Virus record (IMG/VR): IMGVR_UViG_3300011116_000399
Location: 1 to 58,158 of that record
DNA from: a virus
Lineage: Duplodnaviria; Caudoviricetes
DNA length: 58,158 bases
Direction: 5' to 3' (one strand)
This document shows positions 28,167 to 36,735 of the stretch, one piece after another (within the stretch, counting starts at the first letter, position 1; the number at the start of each line of letters is the position of its first letter). A model generated the notes under the pieces. The model saw only the letters and a program-made list of their open reading frames with translations, made no database searches and had not been told where the DNA came from. The position numbers were made by a program, and so were the translations under genes.

Positions 28167-29137
28167 TGAAGTTCATAGAACTTTTTGCAGGTATTGGAGC
28201 CTTTCGACTTGGACTTGAAAGAACGGGTCATGAGTGCGTTTGGGCTAACGAATGGTTAGAGAGACCTAGGAGTATTTATGCAAGAAACTTCGGACACCAA
28301 CCTGACGGACGAGATATTAGAAATGTTTCCGCTGGAGACATTCCTGATGCCGACCTCCTCGTTGGCGGATTCCCTTGTGCGACTTTTTCAGTTGCAGGAA
28401 AGCGAACTGGATTCTCCTTGGATGACACCCGAGGGACACTCGCTTTTGAAATGTTTAGACTCGCTCACGAAAAATCAATACCGTATATCCTCTTTGAGAA
28501 TGTCAAAGGACTCCTCAATCACGACGGAGGAAGAACATTCGAAATCATCCTCGAAGTCTTGGATGGCTTGGGGTATGACTGTCAATGGGAATTGCTTAAC
28601 AGCGAAAATTTTGGAGTCCCACAACACAGAGAACGGGTATTCCTTATCGGACATCTTAGAGGAAACCCCCGACCAAAAGTATTTCCTATCGGACGAGCAA
28701 GTAACAGAAATCTTGAGACGGACAAAACAAAACAAAATGGAAGGTCGGGGTTTTTCTCCAACATTTCTCCAACACTAGATGCTCATTATTACAAAGGTGG
28801 GAACTCACGACCTTATGTATCAGTACAGGCAGTTGTGAATCCATCAATAAAAGTAAAGAATCAAAACGGGAGGTTAATAAAAAATCATAACGAATCAAGT
28901 TTCACTTTGACTGCAACCGACATACATGGAGTTGCGTTAGATGATGGAACAAAAATAAAATTAAGAAAATTAACCCCTTTGGAGTGCGAGCGCCTTCAAG
29001 GATTACCCGATGGATGGACGGAGTTCTACGAAGATGGAAGAAGAGTTTCAGATTCCGAAAGATACGAACGATGCGGACGGACAATCACTATCCCAGTCGT
29101 GGAAGCGATTGGTAGAAAACTTCATGACTTCTACTGA
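28166..29137 (+). CDS. C5 cytosine DNA methyltransferase homolog, predicted carboxymethyltransferase
   Basis: FAGIG, GFPC, ENV, Q.RER and LTP.ECERLQG motifs; motif X reads YERCGRT rather than the usual GN. Confidence 0.92.
   Translation: MKFIELFAGIGAFRLGLERTGHECVWANEWLERPRSIYARNFGHQPDGRDIRNVSAGDIPDADLLVGGFPCATFSVAGKRTGFSLDDTRGTLAFEMFRLAHEKSIPYILFENVKGLLNHDGGRTFEIILEVLDGLGYDCQWELLNSENFGVPQHRERVFLIGHLRGNPRPKVFPIGRASNRNLETDKTKQNGRSGFFSNISPTLDAHYYKGGNSRPYVSVQAVVNPSIKVKNQNGRLIKNHNESSFTLTATDIHGVALDDGTKIKLRKLTPLECERLQGLPDGWTEFYEDGRRVSDSERYERCGRTITIPVVEAIGRKLHDFY
28278..28778 (+). CDS. Nested alternate-frame MTase beta polypeptide (M.EcoHK31I-beta-like)
   Basis: Own AGGAG SD (28268-72) and ATG; SLSDILE...KYFLS....ILRR motif. 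Confidence 0.6.
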   Translation: MQETSDTNLTDEILEMFPLETFLMPTSSLADSLVRLFQLQESELDSPWMTPEGHSLLKCLDSLTKNQYRISSLRMSKDSSITTEEEHSKSSSKSWMAWGMTVNGNCLTAKILESHNTENGYSLSDILEETPDQKYFLSDEQVTEILRRTKQNKMEGRGFSPTFLQH

Positions 29138-29771
29138 GCCATTTTCGTTTGACACGATAAAAAACTTTGATGAGCATATCGCTCAATCAATCCCCAACTA
29201 TCAAACGCTGACTGAAGCAATCTGTGACCTGAGTACATACTTCATGACTGAAGATACCCAAGTGATTGACCTTGGTTGCTCAACTGGAAAACTTTTAGAA
29301 AGACTTCCTCACCGTGGTAGAAAAGTTGGCATCGATATAGCCGATAACCTTTTGCCTGAGTCCCATGATGAGACTTTATACATCCGCCGAGACTTAAGAG
29401 CCATAGAGAATTTTGGTAAGTCCAGTTTGATTCTTTCAATCTTCACCCTGCAATTCATTCCATACGAAGACCGACCAAACATCCTGAGTAACATCTATGA
29501 ATCTCTAGTTGAGGGTGGGGCTTTTATATGGGCTGAGAAAGTCCGAGAGGAAGACGGGGAACTAGAGCAAGCCATCAATGGCGCCTTTTTTGACTTCAAG
29601 CGTAAGGCTTTTACGCCCGAGCAGATATTAAACAAAGAGCGAGACTTGAGACCAATCATGAAAGTCAATTCATCTGTTAGGAATCAGATATTGGCTGAGA
29701 ACGCTGGCTTCACAGTTGGCACAATGTTTTGGAAGTTCTACAATTTCGAAGCGTGGATTTACATTAAATGA
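29124..29771 (+). CDS. cmoA: CmoA-like carboxy-SAM synthase / class I SAM-binding protein
   Basis: F.F....FD.HI..SIP.Y, DLGCSTG, FTLQF, GG....EK, DFKR, F.NF; overlaps the MTase stop. Confidence 0.8.
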   Translation: MTSTEPFSFDTIKNFDEHIAQSIPNYQTLTEAICDLSTYFMTEDTQVIDLGCSTGKLLERLPHRGRKVGIDIADNLLPESHDETLYIRRDLRAIENFGKSSLILSIFTLQFIPYEDRPNILSNIYESLVEGGAFIWAEKVREEDGELEQAINGAFFDFKRKAFTPEQILNKERDLRPIMKVNSSVRNQILAENAGFTVGTMFWKFYNFEAWIYIK

Positions 29772-30955
29772 AAGCGAAGATAAAAGTTGGTCAAGTTGCT
29801 TCAGTTGCTATCTCATCCCTTGAGGCGTACCCGACAAATCCTCGTCGTGGCGATATTGAAGCGATTGCTCAGTCACTCAAAGCCCATGGGCAGTACAGAC
29901 CGATTGTTGTTCAGATTGGTTCGAATTTTATCTTGGCAGGGAATCACACCTACAAAGCGGCAAAGAAACTTGGCTGGAAGAAAATCAAAATAACCTATGT
30001 CGATGTAGATGAAGAGAGCGCTCGCAAGATTGTCTTGGCTGATAATCGCATGACCGACCTTGCGACCTATAACGAACCTCTATTGAAATCTTTACTCTCA
30101 GCCCTACCTGAGTTAGAAGGAACAGGGTTCACTAAAGCCGAGGTTGAGATTTTAGATAGGTTAAGTAAGGGCGATGACAAAACTAGCGTTGGAGATTCTA
30201 AGTCTTTACCTAGCGACCCTGAAGTAAAGATTAGCGCTTGGAAGTTTACAGTTGAGATGGATGCCTATAAAGCGTGGAAAGAACAACTCTACATAGATGC
30301 ACCGACAAAACAGAAAGCCATCCGAGCCATCAAAGACAGATTAGGACTACCTGAACCCAAGCCAGTTAAACCTGAACCTGAGGGTGAGCGTTCTGAGATT
30401 GAGGTAAGCGATGTTGAGACAGTTGGCATCAACGAGATTAAAGTCCATCCGCTAAATCCTAGAGAGGGCGATATAGGCTCAATCATTCAGTCCCTTGAGG
30501 TAATGGGTCAGTATCGACCTATCGTGGTCAATAAAACTACTAAACACATCCTTTCAGGAAATCACACATATCAAGCGGCGGTTCAGTTAGGATGGGAAAA
30601 GATTGCAGTTCATTGGGTCGATGTCGATGATGTTGAGGAGATAAAAATTCTTATTGTCGATAACCGAACCTCTGACCTAGCAACTTATGACCCACAGGAA
30701 CTAAATAAACTTCTGACGACAACTGGCTTGCGGGGAACAGGCTTTAGTCCCGAAGAGGTTGCCGAAATCTTGGGTGGGGGAAAATCCAAGCCTGGGCATA
30801 TTCCTGTGGGTCGTACAACAATTCGGGTTGGCGAACACACTATGAGAGTTCATACCGAAGACCTAAATGAATGGGCTAACACCATAAATGGCTGGAAAGA
30901 TATTGCCGAGTTATTATTTATTCCTATTGAGGCATGTACAACCGAGGTAGAATAA
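29768..30955 (+). CDS. Tandem ParB/Srx-domain protein
   Basis: Two copies of P.NPR.GD...GQYRPIVV...IL.GNHTY.AA...DNR..DLATY. Confidence 0.85.
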   Translation: MKAKIKVGQVASVAISSLEAYPTNPRRGDIEAIAQSLKAHGQYRPIVVQIGSNFILAGNHTYKAAKKLGWKKIKITYVDVDEESARKIVLADNRMTDLATYNEPLLKSLLSALPELEGTGFTKAEVEILDRLSKGDDKTSVGDSKSLPSDPEVKISAWKFTVEMDAYKAWKEQLYIDAPTKQKAIRAIKDRLGLPEPKPVKPEPEGERSEIEVSDVETVGINEIKVHPLNPREGDIGSIIQSLEVMGQYRPIVVNKTTKHILSGNHTYQAAVQLGWEKIAVHWVDVDDVEEIKILIVDNRTSDLATYDPQELNKLLTTTGLRGTGFSPEEVAEILGGGKSKPGHIPVGRTTIRVGEHTMRVHTEDLNEWANTINGWKDIAELLFIPIEACTTEVE

Positions 30956-30959
30956 ACCC

Positions 30960-31091
30960 ATGAAGATTACCGTAAAGATTGAACGAGAGAAGAAAGAGTT
31001 CATAGATACCTCCTGCTTCCATTGCGGTAAGTCCTTGAAGATTCATGAGCGAAACATCCGAGCAGTTAATTTCTGCGATGGTTGTAAATGA
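30960..31091 (+). CDS. Small zinc-finger protein (43 aa, leaderless)
   Basis: TAGAAT-6 nt-ATG; CFHC...CDGC. Confidence 0.65.
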   Translation: MKITVKIEREKKEFIDTSCFHCGKSLKIHERNIRAVNFCDGCK

Positions 31092-31099
31092 GGAGACAC

Positions 31100-31228
31100 A
31101 TGGAAAAGAAAATAGGACGATACTGGTTCGCTTGGGGACGCACTAGCGGATTCGCTTTAGGGTTCTGCATTGATAAATACCATTGGACTATTGACTTGGG
31201 ATTTTGGTACATAGGGCAGGAGTTCTAG
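31100..31228 (+). CDS. Small aromatic-rich protein (42 aa)
   Basis: GAGGAG SD; stop overlaps the TerS GTG. Confidence 0.6.
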   Translation: MEKKIGRYWFAWGRTSGFALGFCIDKYHWTIDLGFWYIGQEF

Positions 31229-31746
31229 TGGCAACGGCAGTAGTGAAAAAGCAACCCGCTAAACCAAAGGGGCGACCTCAAGGGACGACGGTTCTTCTTG
31301 ATGATACAAAGCGAGAAGAGTTAATCAATTTGATTGTGCTTGGTCTGCCTGTAAACAAAGCGGTAGCCATGGTGAACATTGCTGAGTCCACTTTCTATAA
31401 CTGGATGAGCCGTGGAATGGTCGAGCGGGATAGGCTGGCAACGATTCCTGATGCTAAACCTAAACCCGAGGAGAAAATATATTTGGATTTTTTGGAGTCA
31501 CTCACACGGGCGAGAGCGGAGGCAATCGCTAAAAAAGTTGCAGTCGTATCAAGTGCGGCAAGCCAAGGAGACTGGAAAGCCTCGGCTTGGTGGCTTGAGC
31601 GTCAAGTACCTGAAGACTTTGGCAAGGTAGATAAACAGGAAGTGATGTCTCATTCTGTGTCAGAGGTCAAAGTTACAATCACCATGGGAGAACTCCAAGA
31701 GAAAATAGCCAAGGTTTTAGAATCCCGTAAAACGAAAAGCGCATGA
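31228..31746 (+). CDS. terS: Terminase small subunit
   Basis: GRP, HTH (AESTFYNW), WKA.AW.LER..P..FG. Confidence 0.8.
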   Translation: MATAVVKKQPAKPKGRPQGTTVLLDDTKREELINLIVLGLPVNKAVAMVNIAESTFYNWMSRGMVERDRLATIPDAKPKPEEKIYLDFLESLTRARAEAIAKKVAVVSSAASQGDWKASAWWLERQVPEDFGKVDKQEVMSHSVSEVKVTITMGELQEKIAKVLESRKTKSA

Positions 31747-31749
31747 GAA

Positions 31750-31914
31750 ATGACCCCATGCCGTCATGTTTATGAATATGTCAATGCTTCGATATGTCCC
31801 GATTGCGGAAAAGATACTCATGAGCCAAACTGGGAGCAGATAAACAAAGCCAATAAAAAATGGCGCAAGGATAATCCTGATGCGTGGCGACAAGTTGGAT
31901 GGTGGAGTATCTAG
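31750..31914 (+). CDS. Small zinc-binding protein between terS and terL (54 aa)
   Basis: C.H...CPDC; stop overlaps the TerL GTG. Confidence 0.6.
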   Translation: MTPCRHVYEYVNASICPDCGKDTHEPNWEQINKANKKWRKDNPDAWRQVGWWSI

Positions 31915-33518
31915 TGACCGAAAGACTTCTTGATAAATTCCTTGAAAGCGATTCAGTTAAACAAGCCGAGTTACTGGCGATGCTTACCCCTGAAGAGCGC
32001 CATGCTCTTATGGTCATTCTTGATGCTGAGTTAGATAACCCTTGGGCTAGATGGCAAAACGACCCTGTTGGATTTGTTGAACAAGGGTTAGGGGAAACTC
32101 TTTGGAGTAAACAAAAAGAGATTTTGAATTCTTTAATGGTTAATAAAAGAACGGTAGTACCTGCTTGCCATGCGCCTGGGAAATCTCACTTAGCGGCTAG
32201 AGCAGTTGCTTGGTGGTTATCTTGTCATCCAGCAGGAACAGCGGTTGCAATTACAACAGCGACTACACACCGACAGGTTCGAAACATTATGTGGCCGCAT
32301 ATTCGTAGAGTTCATGCAAAGAATAATCTGCCTGGGGAAGCCGACACGGTTCAATGGAAAATAAATGGCACCGTGGTTGGATACGGATTTAGCCCAAGCG
32401 CTCATGATGAAACAGCGGTTCAGGGTATTCACGCACCTAACTTGCTCGTAGTAGTTGATGAGGCTGGAGGTTTATCAGACACAATCGGTGGCGCCCTTGA
32501 GTCTTTGATGACAGGTGGCAACACAAAACTATTAGTTCTAGGTAACCCGCCAACAGATGCCGAGCAAACTTGGTTTGAAAGAATCTGCTCAAGTCCGCTT
32601 TACAACATAATTCCAATCAGCGCTTATGACACTCCAAACTTTACGGGTGAGGCTACGGGCAGATGTCGCTCATGCCCTGACTACATAGAAGCCCACGAAG
32701 TTAAAACCCACCTTGTAGACCAAACTTGGGTTAATGATGTTATCTCTGAATTCGGAGAAGATTCTCCATTCGTTGAAGCCCGTGTTATGGCGCAGTTTCC
32801 TAAATCAAGTACAGGCAAAGTTATCCCGTTTGCTTGGGCTGAGTTAGCCACAGAGAATGAAACACCGCTTGAATCTAAGGTAGTAAAACTGGGAGTCGAT
32901 ATTGCATCCGACGGCGGAGATGAATTTGTTATTGCAAGGCTAGACGGTTACGCAGTCAGCATCGTCCATCGCTCTTCAGGTAAACAAAATGCTAACGCAG
33001 TTGATGTGGCTGGAGTTGTCATGCGAGAGATTGAAGCCTGTATCAAGATTCATCAAGAAAGAGAAATACGAGACCGAGTTAGAGTCAAGGTAGATACCAT
33101 CGGATTAGGTTGGGGAGTTGTATCCATGTTGGATAGATGGGTAAAGGAAAGACAATTACCCGCTGACATCATCGGAGTCAATGTTGCCGAGAAGCCTAAA
33201 GACCAAGCCAAGTTTAAGAATCAAAGGGCTGAGATGTGGTGGAACGCTAGACAGATGATGCAACCTAAAGAGGGTAAACAAGATGTCAGATTAAATGTAG
33301 ATAGATTCGTTCTCTCGCAGTTGGCAGGACCAACCTATACATCAGACGCATCAGGTCGAATTGTTATTGAATCAAAAGTTGATATGAAGAAACGGGGTGT
33401 CGCTTCCCCTGACCGTGCTGAAGCAATACTCTTAGCGCTCTATGAAAACAAATCAGTTCTGCCTACCTTTGCACCTATCTCGATTGGACAATCAAACCCA
33501 TGGAATATGAATCTGTAA
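31914..33518 (+). CDS. terL: Terminase large subunit
   Basis: Walker A-like ACHAPGKS, Walker B VVVDEA, GNP, GVDIA, SPD.AEA. Confidence 0.93.
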   Translation: MTERLLDKFLESDSVKQAELLAMLTPEERHALMVILDAELDNPWARWQNDPVGFVEQGLGETLWSKQKEILNSLMVNKRTVVPACHAPGKSHLAARAVAWWLSCHPAGTAVAITTATTHRQVRNIMWPHIRRVHAKNNLPGEADTVQWKINGTVVGYGFSPSAHDETAVQGIHAPNLLVVVDEAGGLSDTIGGALESLMTGGNTKLLVLGNPPTDAEQTWFERICSSPLYNIIPISAYDTPNFTGEATGRCRSCPDYIEAHEVKTHLVDQTWVNDVISEFGEDSPFVEARVMAQFPKSSTGKVIPFAWAELATENETPLESKVVKLGVDIASDGGDEFVIARLDGYAVSIVHRSSGKQNANAVDVAGVVMREIEACIKIHQEREIRDRVRVKVDTIGLGWGVVSMLDRWVKERQLPADIIGVNVAEKPKDQAKFKNQRAEMWWNARQMMQPKEGKQDVRLNVDRFVLSQLAGPTYTSDASGRIVIESKVDMKKRGVASPDRAEAILLALYENKSVLPTFAPISIGQSNPWNMNL

Positions 33519-33922
33519 AACGCTCTGACTGGGATTTAGATTTAAGGTTCGGGCAAGAGGGAGAAGTTCTAGTTAATAATCTTTTGACTGCACCCATTGA
33601 AACAGTTGAGGTCAAACGAGATAGACGCTGGAAAGACACGGGGAATCTTTATATTGAAACCGAGTGTTGGTCAGATGTTCTTGGATGCTGGTACGCATCA
33701 GGGATTTCAGTTAGCAAGGCAAGCCATTGGTCATTCATTCTTGAGGATTCAGTAGTGACAGTTCCTACCGAGAGAGTTCGCTTGGCTATTGCTCAACACG
33801 GATTAAAGCGAGAGATGAATCGCCCTGAGTATTCAACCAAGGGCTACACAATTACAGTTGCCGAGTTACTTAAGGTTTCTCTTCGTCATCATCAAAGTTC
33901 CAGTCAATCTCAACCCACCTAG
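33500..33922 (+). CDS. PD-(D/E)xK-like nuclease
   Basis: D.DL..G..GE, VEVK.D, TGN.YIE. Confidence 0.65.
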   Translation: MEYESVKRSDWDLDLRFGQEGEVLVNNLLTAPIETVEVKRDRRWKDTGNLYIETECWSDVLGCWYASGISVSKASHWSFILEDSVVTVPTERVRLAIAQHGLKREMNRPEYSTKGYTITVAELLKVSLRHHQSSSQSQPT

Positions 33923-33992
33923 AATCTAGGTAAGCCTTAATAGAAAAACCTAGGGCAATTAAACTGATAGCGATTGCTAACCAATCAAGCAT
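33870..33992 (-). CDS. Small membrane protein (40 aa)
   Basis: MLDWLAIAISLIALGF TM segment with acidic tail. Confidence 0.5.
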   Translation of the reverse strand: MLDWLAIAISLIALGFSIKAYLDSRWVEIDWNFDDDEEKP

Positions 33993-34048
33993 GAGAAGTC
34001 CTAACTCTTGAGAGTCGAATCTTCCCACGCTTGCGGTAAATAAACCAG

Positions 34049-34495
34049 TTACGCATCAACCGTTTCTTTCTTGAACCTGACATCAATCTCATCGATGATG
34101 CCCTTTGGTGATATTGCGTACTCGCCATCCTTTTCCCATTCGCCTGTTTCAGTTTGGCGATATGGTGGATTGATAGTTTCATAAACATGCCATTCGCCAT
34201 CCTTGAACAAGTAGACAAATTCCGCACCAGCCTTGTCTGACTTGGCATATTCATAGATTGAAGCGTTTTTGCGAGATGGACAAACTTCTCCACGCTCGCC
34301 ATAACTATCTTTGATAGTTGGTTCAGGATGCAATGAAGAACGGTCACCAAGTTCTAGCAAGGTTCTAACTTGCTCTTCTCGGTACCACTTTGCAAGCACT
34401 ACACCAACATGCTCAGGATAACCGTCCCAATGGCAGTAGATAGTTTCTACTGAGCCATCCTGATTTACTATTCCTATATTTGACCTTGTACCCAT
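34049..34495 (-). CDS. Conserved phage protein (YCHWDGYP family)
   Basis: MGTRS.I...YCHWDGYP...G; GAGAGGA SD. Confidence 0.8.
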   Translation of the reverse strand: MGTRSNIGIVNQDGSVETIYCHWDGYPEHVGVVLAKWYREEQVRTLLELGDRSSLHPEPTIKDSYGERGEVCPSRKNASIYEYAKSDKAGAEFVYLFKDGEWHVYETINPPYRQTETGEWEKDGEYAISPKGIIDEIDVRFKKETVDA

Positions 34496-34507
34496 TTTTT
34501 TCCTCTC

Positions 34508-34915
34508 TTATAGCCTAGTTAATTTCTCGGCAAGTTCAGGACGCCGAGTGTTTTGGATTTCAAAACATCTATTTCTCCACCAAGCACTTTCCAAAGTCTT
34601 TGGCTTGCTTAGTAAATTTATGAAGGCGACTGAAGCCTCGTAGTAAACAGGTCCCTCAGTTTCTTCCATCTTCTTGATTAAGACTTGACCGTTCTTGCGC
34701 TTGACTAAATAAACGCAAGCATAAGTTTCGCCAGTCACGATACTTTTAACCGCAATATAAAACGCAGTTTTGAATTGACCTCTGCCAATTTTTTCTGCCA
34801 TGCCTTGCTCGATTTTTACAATCTCGTAAGACTCACCGTAGGAACGACCTACTTCATATTTAACAAACTTCTTTGTAGAGATATTGCTACCGACTTGGTA
34901 TTCGCTCCAACCCAT
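34508..34915 (-). CDS. Hypothetical protein (DUF6927-like)
   Basis: MGW...K.M.E..GP.YY...A..WR..C. Confidence 0.7.
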   Translation of the reverse strand: MGWSEYQVGSNISTKKFVKYEVGRSYGESYEIVKIEQGMAEKIGRGQFKTAFYIAVKSIVTGETYACVYLVKRKNGQVLIKKMEETEGPVYYEASVAFINLLSKPKTLESAWWRNRCFEIQNTRRPELAEKLTRL

Positions 34916-35127
34916 TAGTTGCTCACCCCGATTCCAAATTCTTCTTTCATAGCCTGTTGAAAACTTCTATTGATTTCTGCAACAGCCCACTCAAAGTTTT
35001 CTTTCTCAGAAATGTTTTCTACATGAACACCAGTTTCTTTAGTGCCGTAGTAGATTTCGTAGTAGCCGTAGCCTTCTACTTTGTAAAGCCTGTACTGACC
35101 TTTTTTCTTGACCGCTCTTTGACCCAC
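34915..35127 (-). CDS. Hypothetical early protein
   Basis: GTG start after the promoter-hairpin cassette. Confidence 0.7.
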   Translation of the reverse strand: MGQRAVKKKGQYRLYKVEGYGYYEIYYGTKETGVHVENISEKENFEWAVAEINRSFQQAMKEEFGIGVSN

Positions 35128-35174
35128 TTTGTTCTCCTCTCTAAGAACAAGTCCAGTATATCATAACTGGGGTT
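35125..35174 (-). promoter_or_regulatory. Early promoter/operator/SD-hairpin cassette
   Basis: AACCCCAGTT-ATGA-TATACT...TTGTTCT-TAGAGAGG-AGAACAA-AGTG. Confidence 0.75.
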
Positions 35175-35274
35175 GGTTATTCACCTTTTCAACAATGATT
35201 TCCTTGATTTTGTCCAAGTCTTCCTTGGATACCTCAACGCCTAAAACCGCGACTTTATCGAGCCAGTTACTCAT
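35161..35274 (-). CDS. Hypothetical protein (37 aa)
   Basis: ATGA-coupled; MSNWLDKVAVLG... Confidence 0.5.
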   Translation of the reverse strand: MSNWLDKVAVLGVEVSKEDLDKIKEIIVEKVNNQPQL

Positions 35275-35426
35275 TCCCCTGCCTCCTTTTTCAAATCTTG
35301 GGCTATGTTCCAAGCCTGACGCTTGTAGGATGGAAGTGTGCCTTCACCCTCTGAGTTGGCATATTCCTCAAGTAGTCGGGCGATGGTATGAGCCTTCACC
35401 CCTGCGATGGTAATTTCGTCTTTCAT
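35271..35426 (-). CDS. Hypothetical protein (51 aa)
   Basis: TAATG coupling, GAGGA SD. Confidence 0.6.
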   Translation of the reverse strand: MKDEITIAGVKAHTIARLLEEYANSEGEGTLPSYKRQAWNIAQDLKKEAGE

Positions 35427-35611
35427 TAGTCCTCATCCTTCTCTTCGATTTTGCCCTTGAACTGGATGCCTCTGATGTAAGCCCTGTTGTAAGCCAAGTA
35501 ATGCTCAATCTCGTCGATAGTCTCGAACTCGACCTCTCGCACCTCGATTACACCGTATGGGTCGCTGGCACTTCTACGCTCAATTTCTTTTTTAACGATT
35601 GCTGTTATCAC
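35426..35611 (-). CDS. Hypothetical protein
   Basis: GAGGAGG SD, GTGA coupling. Confidence 0.7.
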   Translation of the reverse strand: MITAIVKKEIERRSASDPYGVIEVREVEFETIDEIEHYLAYNRAYIRGIQFKGKIEEKDED

Positions 35612-35766
35612 TTTGCTACCTCCTCGTTGATGAAGATTGCTTGGATTCTGTATTGCTTGCCACCGAAGACCGCTTGAATAGTTGCGAAATCCTCAGCCTG
35701 TTGTTTAGTATCAAAAGTGTACTTTTGCTTTTGACCTCTGAACTCGACTTCGTAGACTTTCTTCAT
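35608..35766 (-). CDS. Hypothetical protein (52 aa)
   Basis: First gene after the promoter cassette; MKKVYEVEF... Confidence 0.7.
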   Translation of the reverse strand: MKKVYEVEFRGQKQKYTFDTKQQAEDFATIQAVFGGKQYRIQAIFINEEVAK

Positions 35767-35811
35767 TCTGTCCTCCTCTCAGGACAACACTAGTATAACA
35801 CAACGGGGGTT
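35764..35811 (-). promoter_or_regulatory. Early promoter/operator/SD-hairpin cassette
   Basis: AACCCCCGTT-GTGT-TATACT...TGTCCT-GAGAGG-AGGACA-GAATG. Confidence 0.75.
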
Positions 35812-35878
35812 AAAAATCATCCCCAAATAGGGCTAAATTTGTACTAAATTTTGTACGCACAATGTACGCACAAATTCT

Positions 35879-35901
35879 TCGAACAAGCGTTCGGGTACAC
35901 T
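35879..35901 (+). promoter_or_regulatory. LexA (SOS) box next to the -10 of a leaderless gene
   Basis: TCGAAC-AAGC-GTTCGG, then TACACT, with ATG 6 nt later. Confidence 0.7.
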
Positions 35902-35907
35902 TCCTCT

Positions 35908-36336
35908 ATGTCTCTTACACCAGCAGTATCCGCTCTATTGAAGGCTTCGTGCCCAACCGCAACTCAGGATGTAAGAGCCAACCTTGAGAACCGTGCAAAA
36001 GCCATAGAAACGGCTTCCTACGGTCCTTTGAACCCATCCCTGCCTAATGATGACTACTGGGAGAAGATGGGGGCTGAATGGGGCGTTAGCGCCGAAGAAG
36101 CCAAGAAACAGCGATGCGGGAACTGCGCCGCTTTTATTCAAACCAGCGAGATGCTCCAATGTATCGAGGGCGGATTAGCCCGAGGAGATAACCGCCAAAC
36201 CGCTTGGGATGTTACCGAGGCAGGGGAGTTGGGATATTGCGAGGCTTTTGATTTCAAGTGTGCGAGCGCTCGAACCTGCCGTGCTTGGATTGTGGGAGGT
36301 CCAGTTACAGATTCAAACGCAGGACGACTAAAGTAA
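35908..36336 (+). CDS. Cys-rich (HiPIP-like pattern) phage protein
   Basis: CP.ATQD...YGP.NP, CGNCAAF, GYC, C...RTC..W; leaderless ATG 35908. Confidence 0.75.
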   Translation: MSLTPAVSALLKASCPTATQDVRANLENRAKAIETASYGPLNPSLPNDDYWEKMGAEWGVSAEEAKKQRCGNCAAFIQTSEMLQCIEGGLARGDNRQTAWDVTEAGELGYCEAFDFKCASARTCRAWIVGGPVTDSNAGRLK

Positions 36337-36461
36337 TGCCAAAGAGAAAACCAACAGCATTTAATCCAATTCAAATTAAAGATGGGTGGATTGTGAGACT
36401 TCGTAAGGACGGAAGAATTGCAGAGCGGATTGAAAAATATCCACCTGAGAAGAAAAAATGA
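36336..36461 (+). CDS. Small basic protein (41 aa)
   Basis: TAATG/ATGA coupling on both sides. Confidence 0.6.
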   Translation: MPKRKPTAFNPIQIKDGWIVRLRKDGRIAERIEKYPPEKKK

Positions 36462-36664
36462 ACGGTTCAGTCTTAGCACCCATGGAGGTGTTTGAAGTCT
36501 GTGACCGATGTGGAGCCAAGGCTAAAGTTGGAGCAACTTTTTTAAGTGGTGAGTTATATTTTTGTGGACATCACGCCAAACTTCTACAACCGCATCTAAT
36601 TGCAAAGGCGATAACTATTTATGACCCCGAACGATATATGGAAAAACGAGAACCACTCGGCTGA
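36458..36664 (+). CDS. Small actinobacterial-type zinc-binding protein
   Basis: CDRCGA.A...GEL.FCGHH. Confidence 0.75.
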   Translation: MNGSVLAPMEVFEVCDRCGAKAKVGATFLSGELYFCGHHAKLLQPHLIAKAITIYDPERYMEKREPLG

Positions 36665-36713
36665 TTGTTACCGAGTAATTCCCGTTCCTAATCCAACTTA
36701 CTTTGAGTCTCGA

Positions 36714-36735
36714 GTAATCTGCGTTTGCGGATTAC
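36714..36735. terminator. Hairpin at a convergent junction
   Basis: GTAATCTGC-GTTT-GCGGATTAC. Confidence 0.4.

Noticed and set aside
29768-30955. Plasmid partition system
   Set aside because: ParB-N domains only; no ParA, HTH or parS array seen.
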